64,000 bases of DNA from the human T2T-CHM13v2.0 reference genome, Homo sapiens (GCF_009914755.1 NC_060947.1), one strand, 5' to 3'. Shown: positions 14,251-29,600, counted from the stretch's first letter. Numbers and translations are program-made. Notes: a model not told the origin generated them from the sequence alone.

Positions 14251-16127
14251 TATAAAATTTTCTTTAAAATTTCATAAAAATCACAATTTTTTAAATTCTA
14301 CTTTTCTAATTGACTAAATGATACAGTCCATTTAAAAGACTGCCACCCTCTCATTTAAAGCTTATGCAGAGAAGCCTTCTTAAACCATGCCAGACCAGAC
14401 GTTTCTCCCCCAAAAAGATAGAGCCCTAGCCCATGCAAGGGCTATCCACTGACAACTCAATGTGCAGTGTAAAATGCTCTGGGTTCAGTGAGTCCTATCT
14501 GTCCCCTGACATAGTTGGCATCTACTGTTGTTTGATGCTAGTGAGCTTGAGCATTTGATTTCCTGGGACTGTTGACTGCTATTAATTGTCTGTTTACCAC
14601 ATAATTCTATGTGCACGCCCAAAGGGATGAGGGAACCCAGAGGCTGATTCTTGGGAGAACATCGGGTGAAACAAGTCTAAAAACTTTCCTTCAAGGTCTG
14701 AGTAAATTCTAAAAGGGGAGAATGATGTAGTGTCTGTATAAAATATTAAAAATTTAGCATAACATTGCCCCAAAAAGGAGAAACAGTAGTTTACCCATCA
14801 ACATAAAATGCATGAGTTATGAAGTATAATAATAACTTGGCGGTTGATAAAATTCATTTTCAAATTATGTTTAATTAAGAAATTAATATATGCATCATGA
14901 AATGTAAGAATGGGAGTAATTGGTTTACAATAGACTAGAAATAAAATTACCAAATAAAGCACAAAACCAAAACTGTCTCCAAATTGTGAAAAGCAGCCCA
15001 AACTACTCACAAAATTTTACATGATTTTCTCTACTAATTCTTAATTGTATCAAACTCATAAATAATGGCTCAAATCATTTAATTTCTATCAATTTGACCA
15101 TTGTGTAATTTCACCAATAGACTAAAAGACTGCTTAGAGAATGCTCAACAAATTACAAGGCATCTCCGGCCCAATAAAGGTCAACACTTCACAAACAAGT
15201 TTATTTATTTTTTTCCAGGATACGTCCAGAAATGGTTCCTAACTTTTGGTTGTATCAAGAATACTAGACATTTTGGAATAAGAGCACTGCCCCTCCCCCA
15301 TCTCTACCTCAAACCCCACTTCCTCAGCTGAATGTCATGCCCTGTTGTAGGATGATTTGTAGCCTTGGCCATTTCTTTATGTATTTGGCCATCTAATGGT
15401 GAGCTTCTGATGCTGCTGTTGAGCATCTCCTTCATGTACAAGCCCAAAGATAGTGAGGAAATAACTATCTGAGTATGGGACTACAGTTAGATAAAGACCA
15501 GAACTCTCTTTGCTGGAGTGTAGGTGCACTCCCCTGCTGTAAGGGGAGGATGACATAGCAGTGACTGAGTGTAAACAGTAGTCACAATAGGAATGTAGGT
15601 GGCTTCATTGCCAGAGCAAAGTTATTCCTTCAGGATGTGAACAACACTCTTTTTTTCTGAGCACCTATCATTTGAGGTGAATGGATGGTGGAGGCCTATC
15701 TCAATTCCAAAATTGTCTTGATGAGTCACTTCTTTGAAAGTCAAATAAAATCTGGGAATTCTAGAACTGAAAAGTATAGTAAGGGAATCAATTCTGTAAG
15801 GGATAAGTCTTCATTAAAAAGTACTGCATGGTCTTGGGCTGAGGGGAGCTCTGTAGGAGAAAGGGGGCTGTCATGGTCAGTATGTCAACCAAGGGTAACA
15901 GTGCCCTACTAAGAATAGTACCCTCACTCTCCAAATCAGTTCTCATCTATACAAACTCTGAGGTGCTCCCAATATTCATCAGGACAGTACTTACATAAGC
16001 GTTTCTACAGAAATTATGTTTCTCCATCATTATGCCTACAGGAAGTGGCACATCTTGTTAATTTGTTGATGTTAAGTTAGCCCTTATGTCTTCCTTGAAA
16101 TTTCAACAGAAATGATTATCATCTGGA

Positions 16128-16423
16128 TTTTTTTTTTCTCGAGATAGAATCTTGCTCTGTCACCCAGGCTGGAGCAAAGTTGCACGATCTTGGCTCACCA
16201 CAACCTCTGCCTCCTGGTTCAAGTGATTCTGGTGCCTCAGCCTCCCGAGTAGCTGGGACTACAGGCGTGCACCACCACGTCTGGCTAATTTTTTCGTATT
16301 TTTAGTAGAGACGGGGTTTCGCCATGTTGGCCAGGCTGTTCTCGAACTCCTGACCTCAGGTGATCCACCCACCTAGGCCTCCCAAAGTGCTGGGAATCCA
16401 GGCGTGAGCCACCGCGCCCAGCC
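16128..16423 (-). mobile_element. AluS
   Basis: Antisense dimeric Alu with poly(T). Confidence 0.95.
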
Positions 16424-16429
16424 ACCCTT

Positions 16430-17400
16430 GCCCATTTTCAATCCTCTTTATTACTATAGTCGGGCTTCTATTTTATCTCGCCATACAGGGGTTTTCCTAA
16501 TTTGTTACAAACAGGTCTCTGATACTGCAACCAATTCAGAGTCCTTTTTATTAACACAGTCAAACCCCTCTGCCAGCTCCAACCAGATAAATGTCTTCAC
16601 CACCATCATTACAGGCAAGTCTTTGGACAGCCCCATCCCCGTCAAGTCCTTCTTATGATTGGCAGGCTTCTAGTTAACCCCATCTATAACCAAGGTTCTT
16701 CTATCCTTTATTCAAAGGCTTCTGTTCATTCCCTCTCAACCCAGGGTATTTCTTTTCCGTAGAAGCAGTCCTCTAGGCAGTTCCACCCACGTAAAAGTTG
16801 TTCTTATTTCTATTGGTGAATCCCTGCCTATACTACAGGATCTTTCTCTGCAAGGAGTTCTTTATTCGTCTGAGTACACACCAGGTCCTTCCATAAGCAC
16901 ACGGGCAGTTCTATGCTCAATCTTACCAACACCAGAGTGGTATTCTCATATTGGGAGGCATCTTAGTAGGCCTGCCCACGGCAATTATGTATTTTCTATT
17001 TATAGGCAGTCCACTGGACAGCCCTTCCCACATAAGGGTCCTCTATCGTACAAGCCGACATATGGGTGAACCACCCACTGTAGAGTACCTCGCATTTCTA
17101 TTGGCAGGCTTCCAGTTGGCTCCACCCAGCATCATAATGTCTCTCTTTTTCATGGGTCAGTTCACTCACATGAGTTACTATGTAATACGGGAAGGCCTGT
17201 GGAGAGCTGCGCCCCGTGAGCATGGTACTCTTTTGCGATGGCGGATGGTCGCATGTGTCGCCATAATAGGGTATTTCTCTTCTCTAGAGGCAGTCTTCTG
17301 GTCAATTCTGCGACATCAGGGTCCTTATCATCACTACAGGTAGGCTTTTGGTAATCACCACCTATGCCTGAATCCTCTCCTCAATACAAGTAATTCCTCT
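16430..17400. repeat. Highly degenerate ~50 bp periodic repeat with a CpG cluster
   Basis: aggcag-like cores recur near 16611, 16661, 16711, 16761, 16901, 16951, 17001, 17051, 17101, 17151, 17287 and 17337. Confidence 0.6.
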
Positions 17401-17427
17401 GGTAGATTCCGATAACCTACAACTTGA

Positions 17428-17782
<355 letters not shown>

Positions 17783-19048
17783 TTTTTTTTTTTTTATTAT
17801 TTTTAAAGCTACATAGTGCTCCTTAGTATAGTTTTTATGCTATTTAAGTCCCCTGTTACCATCCACATTGATGGATATTTTAACTATTTTCAGCATTTCA
17901 AGCAGTAGTGTGGGGCGCACCCTCTCCTGTTTCCTTAATCATAGTTACAAGTGTTTTCTAGAATACACGCCTGGAAGTAAAAACGTCAGAAACTTAAGGT
18001 ACTCAAATTATAACTTGTAATAAACACTGACAAACTGCCTTTAACATGGTTGTACCAGTTTACACTTTTGCAACTAGTGGATGAGAGTATTTCCTTCCAT
18101 TCTTGTCAAAGCTCGATGTTATTGTTTGCATGCTTTTTTGTATGTGTGTGTTTTTTTTTTGCCAAAATGATGGATGCGAATTGGTATCTCATAATTGATG
18201 TATTTTTCCACATTACAGCCTCAATTGAAACTCCCTGTGAACTCCTCCCTAATCCTATTCTCTTTTCTCCCTTGGCATGGTTTTACACTTTCCCTATTTA
18301 TTTTTAAATAATTAAAATAGTATTGTTTTGCAGCCTTTAAAGTTTCATTTAAATGATGGCATATGGTATATATTCATTTGCTTTTTTCATTCAAAATTTT
18401 CTTTTTGAAATTAATTCATATTGAAATGTGTAGCTTGGTTTACATGCTAATATTAGTCTATTGCATATCCTTATATTTGCTATGGACATTAGGCTGTTAG
18501 CTATTTTTCATTTGTTTTACCATTTCAAACAGTGCTGTTTTTCTGCTATATTTCTCAGTGTGCACATGTGAAAGAATTTCTCTAGAATATAACCTAAAAA
18601 TAGAATCCCCAGGTTGTAAGTTTTAAGTATCTTTTAATTTACTAGCTATTTCTAATCTGATGGTGTGTAACATAACCTTATTTTGTTTTAATTTGCATTT
18701 TTCTGATTACTATTGAGGTTGAGCATCTTTTGTGTTTTCTTGGCCATTTAGGGTTTTTCTTCTGTGAACTAGCCTTTTCATATCCTTTGCCTATTCTACT
18801 GTGTTAGTTGTTCTTTTCTTGTTGATACACTGGAATTCCTCTTGTGTTCTTGTTTTATGTGTCTCATAAATCTTCCTGCAGTCTGTAGTGGCTTGTTTTT
18901 ACCCTTTGTTTGTTACTTCTGTCTGTATGTGTGTCCATGAGTTTTAAGTTTTATGTAATCCATTTTTTTAATATTTCTAAGAAATTCTTCTCTACTCCAA
19001 GGACACAATCGTATTTATTCCCCTGTATTCTAAAGAATACCAGTTTTA

Positions 19049-19332
19049 GGCTGGGCATGGTGGCCCACGCCTGCAATCCCAGCACTTTGGGAGGCTGAGG
19101 CAGGCAGATCAATTTGAGCTCAGCAGTTCGAGACCAGCCTGAGCAACATGGCGAAAGCCTATCTCCACAAAAATTACAAAAATTAGCCAGGTGTGGTGGC
19201 ACACACCTGTGGTCCCAGCTACTCGGGAGGCTGAGGTGGGAGGATTGCTTGAGCCTGGGAGGCTGCAATGAGTCTAGATCACCACTCCAGCCTGGGTGAC
19301 AGAGTGAGACCTGGTCTCAAAAAATTAATTAA
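19049..19332 (+). mobile_element. AluJ
   Basis: ggaggattgcttgagcctggga right arm; TSD-like accagtttt/atcagtttt. Confidence 0.92.
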
Positions 19333-19475
19333 TTAATTAAAATTACAAATATCAGTTTTGATTTTCACATTTAGGTCTTATTCATTCAATAAATATTTAT
19401 TGAGCCAGGGATTCTTCTGGGCACTGGGAATACTTCATCAAAACAAACGAACAAATATAGGCAAAAATCTCAGTC

Positions 19476-19825
19476 TTTTTTTTTTTTTGAGATGGTGTCT
19501 CTCTCTGTCACCCAGTCTATTTTTTTTTTTTTTTTGAGATGGTGTCTCTCTCTGTCACCCAGGCTAGAGTGCAGTGGCGTGATCTCGGCATCTCGGCTCA
19601 CTGCAAACTCCACCTCCTGGGTTCAAGCAATTCTCATGCCTCAGCCTCCCGAATAGCTGGGATTACAGGTGCAAGCCACCACGCCTGGCTAATTTTTGTG
19701 TTTTTAATAGAGACGGGGTTTCACTATGTTGGCTAGGCTGGTCTGGAACTCCTGACCTCAAGTGATCTGCCTGTCTCTGCCTTCCAGAGTGCTGGGATTA
19801 CAGGCGTGAGCCACCGTGCCTGACC
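19476..19825 (-). mobile_element. AluS with a tandemly duplicated 3' end
   Basis: poly(T)-gagatggtgtctctctctgtcacccag occurs twice (about 19476 and 19520). Confidence 0.92.
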
Positions 19826-20531
19826 AAAACTTTCAGTCTTTATTGACCTTACAGTCTGTTGAACAAGACCATTAAATAATAGAATAGTGTATCATTTTAG
19901 GGAATAAGTGCTAAGGAGAAAAAGAGGGATAGAGAGTACAGATGATGCGGTTTGTTTCTGGACTCCTTTGTCTCTTTGGGCTTTCCCTTTGTTAATAACA
20001 GAGTTTTAATTTACTATAGCTTTATAATAAGTATAGGTGCCTAGTAGAACAAATCTCCTAATTGTATTTTCTGTAATATGTCTTAGATATTCTAGGGCTT
20101 TTGTTCCCCTCTGTAATATTGAGGATCAACTTGAAAAGTTGTTTTAACACTCTTTCTGGAATTTTGATTGGAATGCTATTCCATTTTTAAAGTAAAATGC
20201 AGAATGTTGATATCTTTATGAAACTGAGAATTTCATTATATTAGCATGGTATATCTATTCATTTATTAAGACCATATTTTATGTCTTTTATGAAGGTTTG
20301 TTAAGTTTGTTGGGTTTTTAATATTTTTGGTGAAAGACATCATTTGTAGTGTGTTTTATTTTTGATTACAATTGTTCATTTGTAGCTATAAATACCTTTC
20401 TAAATGTCATTTTACTGCATCTCACAAGTTTCAGAATATAGTCTGTTCATTGCTGTTTAGGTTTGAATATCTTGTAATTTTCATTTTGAACTCTTCTTTA
20501 ACAAATGAGATTTTAAAGAATGGTTTTTGAT

Positions 20532-20791
<260 letters not shown>

Positions 20792-21625
20792 GTTTTAGAA
20801 ATTTGTAAGCATTTTTTCTTATTTTTACTATATTTCATAGTTAATTGTATTGTGATCAAAGAAAGTGAATATGTTACAGATTATTTGAAATTTTTAAGAC
20901 ATGGTAAATTTTGCAAATTCTTGAAAAAAATGAGATTATTTCTTGGGTGCAGGTTTTTATATATAGGTTAATCTTTAATTTTATTGGGGTTTATTTATTG
21001 GGACTTTTTAATTTATATAGGTTTGTTTCTTGACTCTATTTTTCCTTTGGGCCTTTTGTTTTCCCTTTATAATAACGGTCTTAATTTACTGTAGCTTTAT
21101 AATAAGACTTGGTGTTTGGTAGGAAATATTGCTCCACTGTATTTTCTTTAATATGCTTTAGGGTATTCTAGGGCTTTTGTTCTTCCCTATAATATTGAGG
21201 ATCAATTTGAAAAGGATTCCCATTCTTCTTATTTTTTCTCTGTTTCTAATATAATAGAGGAGAGTGTAATTATGTCTTTTTTGTAGATTCGTAAATGTCA
21301 ACTCGTAATTCTGTCAGTTTTTGTTTTATCTGTTTTGTTGCTACCTGGAGACATGCATCCAAGTCCATGATGCACTGTTTCTTTTATTATTTTGGAGTGT
21401 CCCTCTATTGATGCTTTTTGCCTTTAATTCTATTTTCTCCAATATTTAATTTTTTGATGTTTTTTTCTTTTAGATGTAGCTCTTAGAAATACTATATAGC
21501 TCGATTATTTAAAAATGATTCTGGTTATCTTGTCTTTATTAGATGAAGTTAACTTTTTTCATTATTATGTTTATGAATAGATTTTGACTCATTTTTACTA
21601 TTTTGGGGGGTTTTCAGTTTGTTCG

Positions 21626-21991
<366 letters not shown>

Positions 21992-22549
21992 TTATATTCT
22001 TACTGTGTTTGTCTTTAAATTTTTTAGATGTACACACAATTAATTTTTCTAACAAAATCTTTGGTTACTCAATATTTCCTATCCTTTTAACTATGGCAAA
22101 AGCCTTAGTATTCTGGAGCTACCCATTGAACCCCTACTTATTATTTTTGGACACAGTTTTGTTTTTCTTTACCCTTTTAAACACAAAAAAAATCAGTTAT
22201 AATTTTATAGTCATAATAAACATAGTCTGTTAGTTTCTTTCTTCATTGTTGTTTCTCTTTCCCCTATATTTTCCCTCTGGCTTCACTGCTCATATTAAAA
22301 AACATTGTTTACCTGTGAGTATAGTGATGATCTTTGGTTAACTCTAATGACGGAAAATGTCTTTATTTTGCTCTCACACTTGAATAATTGAGTACAAACT
22401 TATGAGTGACAGTTATTTTACTTCAACATTTATAAGTATTTCTAGTATCCATTGTTTTTTGCCCTCAGTGTAGTTGATCTTCCTTTAGAATAAAGCTTTT
22501 TCCCCTCTAGTGGCTCTTAAGATTGTTGCTTTATTATGATTTATTATTA

Positions 22550-22800
22550 ATGTCATATAATTCTTTTTACATAAAGTGCAAACACAAGCACAACTAATCT
22601 GTGATGATAGACAACAGAAAGTAGTTACAAGGGTGAGTGAAGTTTGGAAAGGGGATGAGAAAATCCTCTGGGGTGAAAGAAATGTTCCACTTCTCATGCT
22701 GGATGGTAGTTACATGGGTATAAATAATTGTCAAAGTTGATGAAATTGAATATGTACATTCTATGCATTTTAATGTATTTGAATTATTTCTAATTTTTAA
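22550..22800 (+). mobile_element. L1ME/MD-type 3' end fragment
   Basis: ctggggtgaaagaaatgttc...ggatggtagttacatgggtata...tgtcaaa. Confidence 0.65.
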
Positions 22801-23659
22801 TGCTGTAGGGCTTCAGCAATTTATGGCAAACTTCTTGCAAAAAGCTCTCAGCATCCTCTGAGGCAGAGCCAATTGCTCAAACATCACGTTGTACCAAAGG
22901 TCCCAGAAGAGTTCATATGAAGCATTTGGCGATTATTTCAAAGGAATGAAGCATGGCATCTATACCTTCATCTTCTCTAAATTGCACAGCTAGGTTTGAA
23001 TTTTAAAAAATTTCCAGTGTTATTGTTTTATTGCAGATGAGCCAGCAGTTCTGTGTCTGCACAGTAGCTTTATCAGTTAAAGTCTTATCAGCAACAGCCT
23101 ACTCCTGACAATATCTACAATTTTCTCACTGCTGTGGGGCAATAGCTATAATTCTCTTTTCTATAGCTAGGCACACAGATAAGATACATCTGAAGTCTGT
23201 ATACTAATGGTTATAAAACAAAGCTTGAGCATCTCTGTGGCATATTGCACTTGAAATAATCTTGGAAATAATGAGGGAAGATTATTTTAGATAAGAAATA
23301 TATCAAAGACAGAAAATACCTGTGGCTTCTTGGAGATTATGAAAGCTGGCACACCTCAAGCAGTACCCAACTCAGCACCACTGCCATTGTATCGAGCACC
23401 CACCTTCCCTGACGCTTTATTCTTGATATTATAAGGTTTTATTCAGTGTGTCTTGGAGTGGGTTGACTTGTATTTACCCTGTTCAGTGGACTTTTTAATT
23501 TGAGAACTCATGTCTTTCTTCAAATCTGGAAAGTCATTAGCAATTTCTCCTCGTTATTAATCCTTTATAATTCTCTATATATTCTTTTGAAACTTTTAGT
23601 AGATGAATGTTGGAGTTTCTCAGTATACCTTCAATTTCTCTTCACTATTCTTTTGTATT

Positions 23660-26600
23660 TATATATACATATATATATTTTTTATTTTACTTTAAGTTCT
23701 GGGATATATGTGCAGAATGTGCAGGTTTGTTACACAGGTATACATGCGCCATAGTGGTTTGCTGCACCTGTCAACCCGTCATATAGGTTTTAAGCCCCGC
23801 ATGCATTAAATATTTGCTTTAATGCTCTCCCTCTCCTTGACCCCCACCCCACAACAGGCCCCAGTGTGTGATGTTCTCCTTCCTGTGTCCATTTGTTCTC
23901 ATTGTTCAACTTCCACTTATCAGTGAGAACATGTGGTGTGGTTTTCTGTTCCTGTGTTAGTTTGCTGAGAATGATGGTTTCCAGCTTGAACCATGTCCAT
24001 GCAAAGGACATGAACTCATTCTTTTTTTATGGCTGTATAGGATTCCATGGTGTATATATTTCACATTTTCTTTATCCAGTCTATCATTGATGGGCATTCG
24101 GGTTGGATCCAAGTCTTTGCTATTGTAAATAGTGGTGCAATAAACATATGTGTGCCTGTGTCTTTATAGTAGAATGATTTGTAATCCTTTGGGTATATAC
24201 CCAGTAGTGGCATTCTTGGGTCAAATGGTATCTGTGGTTCTAGATCCTCGAGGAATTGCCACACTGTCTTCCACAGTAGTTGAACTAATTTACATTCCGA
24301 CCAACAGTGTAAAAGCGTTCCTATTTCTCCACAGCCTTGCCAACACCTGTTGTTTCCTGACTTTTTAACGATCACCATTCTAACTGGCGTGAGATGGTAT
24401 CTCATTCTGATTTTGATTTGCATTTCTTTAATGACCAGTGATCATGAGCATTTTTTCATAAGTTTGTTGGCCACATAAATGTCTTCTTTTGAGAAGTGTC
24501 TGTTCATATCCTTCACCCACTTTTTGATGGGGTTGTTTTTCTGTTGTAAATTTGTTTAAGATGCCTCTAGAGTCTGGATACTAGACCTTTGTCAGATGAG
24601 TAGATTGCAAAAATTTTCTCCCATTCTGTACGTTGCCTATTCACTCTGATGATAGTTTAGTTTGCTTTGCAGAAGCTCTTTAGTTTAGTTTAAATCCCAT
24701 TTGTCAATTTTGGCTTTTTTGCAATTGCTTTTGGTGTTTTAGTCATGAAGTCCTTGCCCATGCCTATGTCCTGAATGGTATTGTCTAGGTTTTCTTCTAG
24801 GGTTTTTATGGTTTTAGGTTTTACCTTTAAGCCTTTAATCCATCTTGAGTTAATTTCCGTATAAGGTGTAAGGAAGGGGTCCAGTTTCTGTTTTCTGCAT
24901 ATGGCTAGCCCGTTTTCCCAGCACCATTTATTAAATAGGAAATCTTTCCCCATTGCTTGTTTTCATCAGGTTTGTCGAAGACCAGATGGTTGTAAATGTG
25001 TGGTGTTATTTCTGAGGCCTCTATTCTGTTCCATTGGTCTACATATCTGTTTTGGTACCAGTACCATGCTGTTTTGGTTCTGTAGCCTCATGGTATAGTT
25101 TGAAGACAGGTGGCGTGATGCCTCCAGCTTTTCATTTTGCTTAGGATTATCTTGGCTATACGGGCTCTTTTTTGGTTCCATATTAAATTTAAAGTAGGTT
25201 TTTCTAGTTCTGTGAAGAAAGTCATTGGTAGCTTTATGGGAATGGGAATAGCATTGAATCTATAAATTACTTTGGGCAGTATGGCCATTTTCATGATATT
25301 GATTCTTCCTATCCATGAGCATGGAAGTCTTTTTCATTTGTTTCTCTCTTATTTTCTTGAGCAGTGGTTTGTAGTTCTCCTTGAAGAGGTCTTTCACGTC
25401 CCTTGTAAGTTGTATTCCTAAGTATTTCATTCTCTTTGTAGAAATTGTGAATGGGCGTTCACTCATGATTTGTCTCTCTGTTTATCTAATGTTGGTGTAT
25501 AGGAATCCTTGTGATTTTTGCACACTGACTTTGTATCCTGAGACTTTGCTGAAGTTGCTTATCAGCTTAAGCAGTTTTTGGGCTGAGATTATGGGGCATT
25601 CTAAATATAAAATCATGTCATCTGCAAACAAAGACAATTTGACTTCCTCTCTTCCTATTTGAATACCATTTATTTCTTTCTCTTACCTGATTTCCCTGGC
25701 CAGAACTTTCAATACTATGTTGAATAGGAGTGGTGAGAAAGAGCGTCCTTGTCTTGTGCCGGTTTTCAAAGGGAATGCTTCCAGTTTTTGCCCATTCAGT
25801 ATGATATGGGCTGTGGGTTTCCAACAAACAGCTTTTATTATTTTGAGATATTTTCCATTAATCTCTAGTTTATTGAGAGTTTTTAGCATGAAGGGGTTTT
25901 GAATTTTATTGAAGGCCTTTTCTGCATCTATTGAGATAATCATGTGGTTTTTGTCATTGTTTCTGTCTATGTGATGGATTACATTTATTGATTTGCATAT
26001 GTTGAACCAGCCTTGCATCACAGGAATGAAGCCGATTGATTGTGGTGGGTAAGCTTTTTGATGTGCTGGTGGATTCATTTTGCCAGTATTTTACTGAGGA
26101 TTTTCACATCGGTGTTCATCAGGGATATTGGCCTGAAATTTTCTTGTTTTGTTGTGTCTCTGCCAGGTTTTCATATCAAGATGATACTGGCCTCATAAAA
26201 TGAGTTAGGGAGGAGTCCCTTTTTTTCCATTGTTTGGAGTAGTTTTAGAAGGAATGGTACAAACCCCTCTTTATACCTCTGGTAGAATTCGGCTGTGAAT
26301 TGGTCTTGTCCTGGGCTTTTTTTTATTGGTAGGCTATTAATTACTGCATCAATTTCAGAACTTGTTATTGATCTGTTCAAGGATTCAACTTCTTCCTGGT
26401 TTAGTTTTGGAAGGATGTATGTGTCCAGGAATTTATCCATTTCTTCTAGATTTTCTAGTTTATTTGCATAGATGTGTTTATAGCATTCTCTGATGGTAGC
26501 TCGTATTTCTGTGGGATTGGTGGTGATAACTCCTTTATCATTTTTTATTGTGCCTGTTTGATTCTTCTCTCTTTTCTTCTTTATTGGTCTAGCTAGCAGT

Positions 26601-29600
26601 CTATTTTGTTAACCTTTTCAAAAAACCAGCTTCTGGATTCATTCTTTTTTTTGAAGGGTTTTTCGTGTCTCTATCTCCTTCAGTTCTGCTGTGATCTTAG
26701 TTATTTCTTGTCTTCTGCTAGCTTTTGAATTTGTTTGCTCTTGCTTTCCTATTTCTTTTAATTTTGATGTTCAGATGTCTATTTCATATATTTCCAGCTT
26801 TCTGATGTAGGCATTTGGTGCTATAAATTTCCCACTTAACACTGCTTTAGCTGTGTCCCAGAGATTCTGGTACTTTTCTCTTTGTTCTCATTGGTTTAAA
26901 GAACTTCTTTATTTCTGCCTCAATTTTATTATTTACCCAGTAGTCATTCAGGAGCAAGTTGTTCGTTTTCCATGTAGTTGTGCAGTTTTGAGGGAGTTTC
27001 TTAATCCTGAGTTCTAAATTGATTCCACTGCAGTCTGAGAGACTGATCGATATGATTTCCATTCTTTTACATTTGGTGAGGAGTGTTTTACTTCGAATTA
27101 TGTGATCAATTTTAGAATAAGTGCTATGTGGTGCTGAGAAGAATGTATATTCTGTTGATTTGAGGTGGAGAGTTCAGTAGATGTCTGTTAGTGTTGCTTG
27201 TTTCAGAGCCGAGTTCAAGTCCTGTATATCCTTGTAAATTTTCTCTCATTGATCTGTCTAATACTGACAGTGGGGTGTTAAAGTCTCCGACTATTATTGT
27301 GTGGGAGTCTCTTTGTAGGACTCAAAGAACTTTCTTTATGAATCTGGGTGCTCCTGTATTGGGTGCATATATATTTAGGTTAGTTAGCTCCTCTTGTTGT
27401 ATTGATCCTTTTACCATTATAAAATGCCCTTCTTTGTCTTTTTTGATGTTTGTTGGTTTAAAGTCTGTTTTATCAGAGACTACAATTGCAACCCCTGCTT
27501 TCTTTTGCTTTACATTTGCTTGGTAAATCTTCCTCCATCCCTTTATTTCGAGCCTACATGTGTCTTTGCACGTGAGATTGGTCTCCTGAATACAGCACAC
27601 TGATGGGTGTTGACTCTGTATCCTATTTGCCAGTCTGTATCTTTTAATTGGGACCTTTAGCCCATTTACATTTCAGATTAATATTGTAATGTGTGAATTT
27701 GATCCTGTCATTATGATACTAACTGGTTATTTTACACATTATTTGATGTAGGTTCTTCATAATGTCATTGGTCTTTATATTTTGGTGTGTTTATCCAGTG
27801 GGTGGTACTGGTTTTTCCTTTCTATATTTAGTGCTTCCTTCAGGAGCTCTTGTAAGGCAGGCTTGGTGGTGACAAAATCGCTCAGTATTTGCTTGTCTGG
27901 AAAGGATTATTTTTTCTCCTTTGCATATAAAGCTTAGTTTAGCTGGATATGAAATTCTGGGTTGAAAATTCTTTTCTTTAAGAATGTTGAATATTCGTCC
28001 CCCACTCTGTTCCAGCTTGTAGAGTTTCTGCAGAGAGATTTGCTGTTAGTCTGATTGGCTTGCCTTTGTAGGTAACCTGACCTTTCTCTCTGGCTGCCAT
28101 GAACAGTTTTTCCTTTGTTTCAACCTTGGTGAATCTGATGACTATGTGTCTTGGAATTGATCTTCTTGAGAAGTATGTTAGTGGTGTTCTCTGTATTTCC
28201 TGAATTTGAATGTTGGCCTGTCTTGCCAGTTAGGGGAAGTTCTCTTGGATAATATCCTGAAGTGTGTTTTCCAACTTTGTTCCATTCTCCCTGTCACTTC
28301 AGGTACACCAATCTATTGTAGGTTTGGTCTTTTCACATATTCCCGTATTTCCTGGAGGCTTTGTTCATTCTTTTTCATTCTTTTTTTTCTAATCTTGTCT
28401 TCATGCCTTATTTCAGTAAGTTAATCTTCAATCTTTGATATTCTTTCTTCCACTCAATTGATTTGGCTATTGATACTTGTGTATGCTTCACGAAGTTCTC
28501 GTACTGTGTTTTTCAGCTCCATCAGGTCATTTATGTTTCTCTCTAAACTGGTTATTCTAGTTAGCAGTTCCTGTAACCTTTTATGAAGGTTCTTAGCTTC
28601 CTTGCATTGAATTAGAACATGCTCTTTTAGCTCAGAAGAGTTTGTTATTACCCACTTTCCAAAGCCTACCTCTGTCAGTTCATCAAACTGATTCTCCATC
28701 CAGTTTTGGTCTCTTGCTGGAGAGGAGTTGCAATCATTCGGAGGAGAAAAGGCATTCTGGTTTTTGGAATTTTCAGCGTTTTGTGCTGGTTTTTCCTCAT
28801 CTTCATGGATTTATCTACCTTTGATCTTTGAGGCTGATGACCTTTGGATGTGGTTTTTGTTTCGGGGTTCTTTATGTTGATGTTGTTTTCTGTATCTTTT
28901 TCTTCTAACAGAAGAAATTTGTTGGAGGTCCACTCCAGACCCTTTTTGCCTGGGTATCACCAGTGGTGGCTGCAGAGCAGCAAAGATTGCTGCCTGCTCC
29001 TTCCTCTGGAAGCTCCATCCCTGCAGGGTACTGCCCTGATGCCAGCCGGAGCTCTCCTGTATGAGGTGTCTGTCGACCCGTTTTGGGAGGTCTCTCCCCA
29101 TCAGGAGGCAGGGGGGTCAGGGACCCACTTGCGGAGGCAGTCTGTCCCTTAGCAGAGCTTGAGCACTGCACTGGGAAAATCCTCCTTGTCAGTATCAGCT
29201 GCTCTCATCAGAGCTGGCAGGCAGGAGCTTAAGTCTGCTGAAGCTATGCCCACAGCTGGCCCTTCTTCATGTGCTCTATCCCAGGGAGATGGGAGTTTTT
29301 TCTATAAGCCCCTGACTTGGGCTACTGCCTTTCTTTCAGAGATGTCTTCCTAGTGAGGAGGAATCTAGAGAGGCAGTCTGGCCACAGCCCCTTGCCAGGC
29401 TGTGGTGAATTCTGCCCAGTCCAAACATCCTGGCTTCCTTAGCACTGTCAGGGGAAAACCACCTACTCAAGCCTCAGTAATGGCGGATGCTCCTCCTTTC
29501 ACTAAGCTCGATCATCCCAGGTAGACTTCAGACTGCTGTGATGGCAGTGAGAATTTCAAGCCAGTGGTTCTTAGCATGCTGGCTCTGTAAAAGTGGGACC

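Noticed and set aside
16951-17343. 130 aa hydrophobic ORF
   Set aside because: Non-ATG (TTG) start, lies in the degenerate repeat, no recognisable family.
19049-19825. Closely spaced inverted Alu pair (possible dsRNA/editing substrate)
   Set aside because: Common arrangement, different subfamilies, no evidence of function.
23050-23085. TDKATV resembling a lipoyl-domain motif in the unidentified insert
   Set aside because: Surrounding sequence does not match DLAT/DLST/DBT; probably chance.
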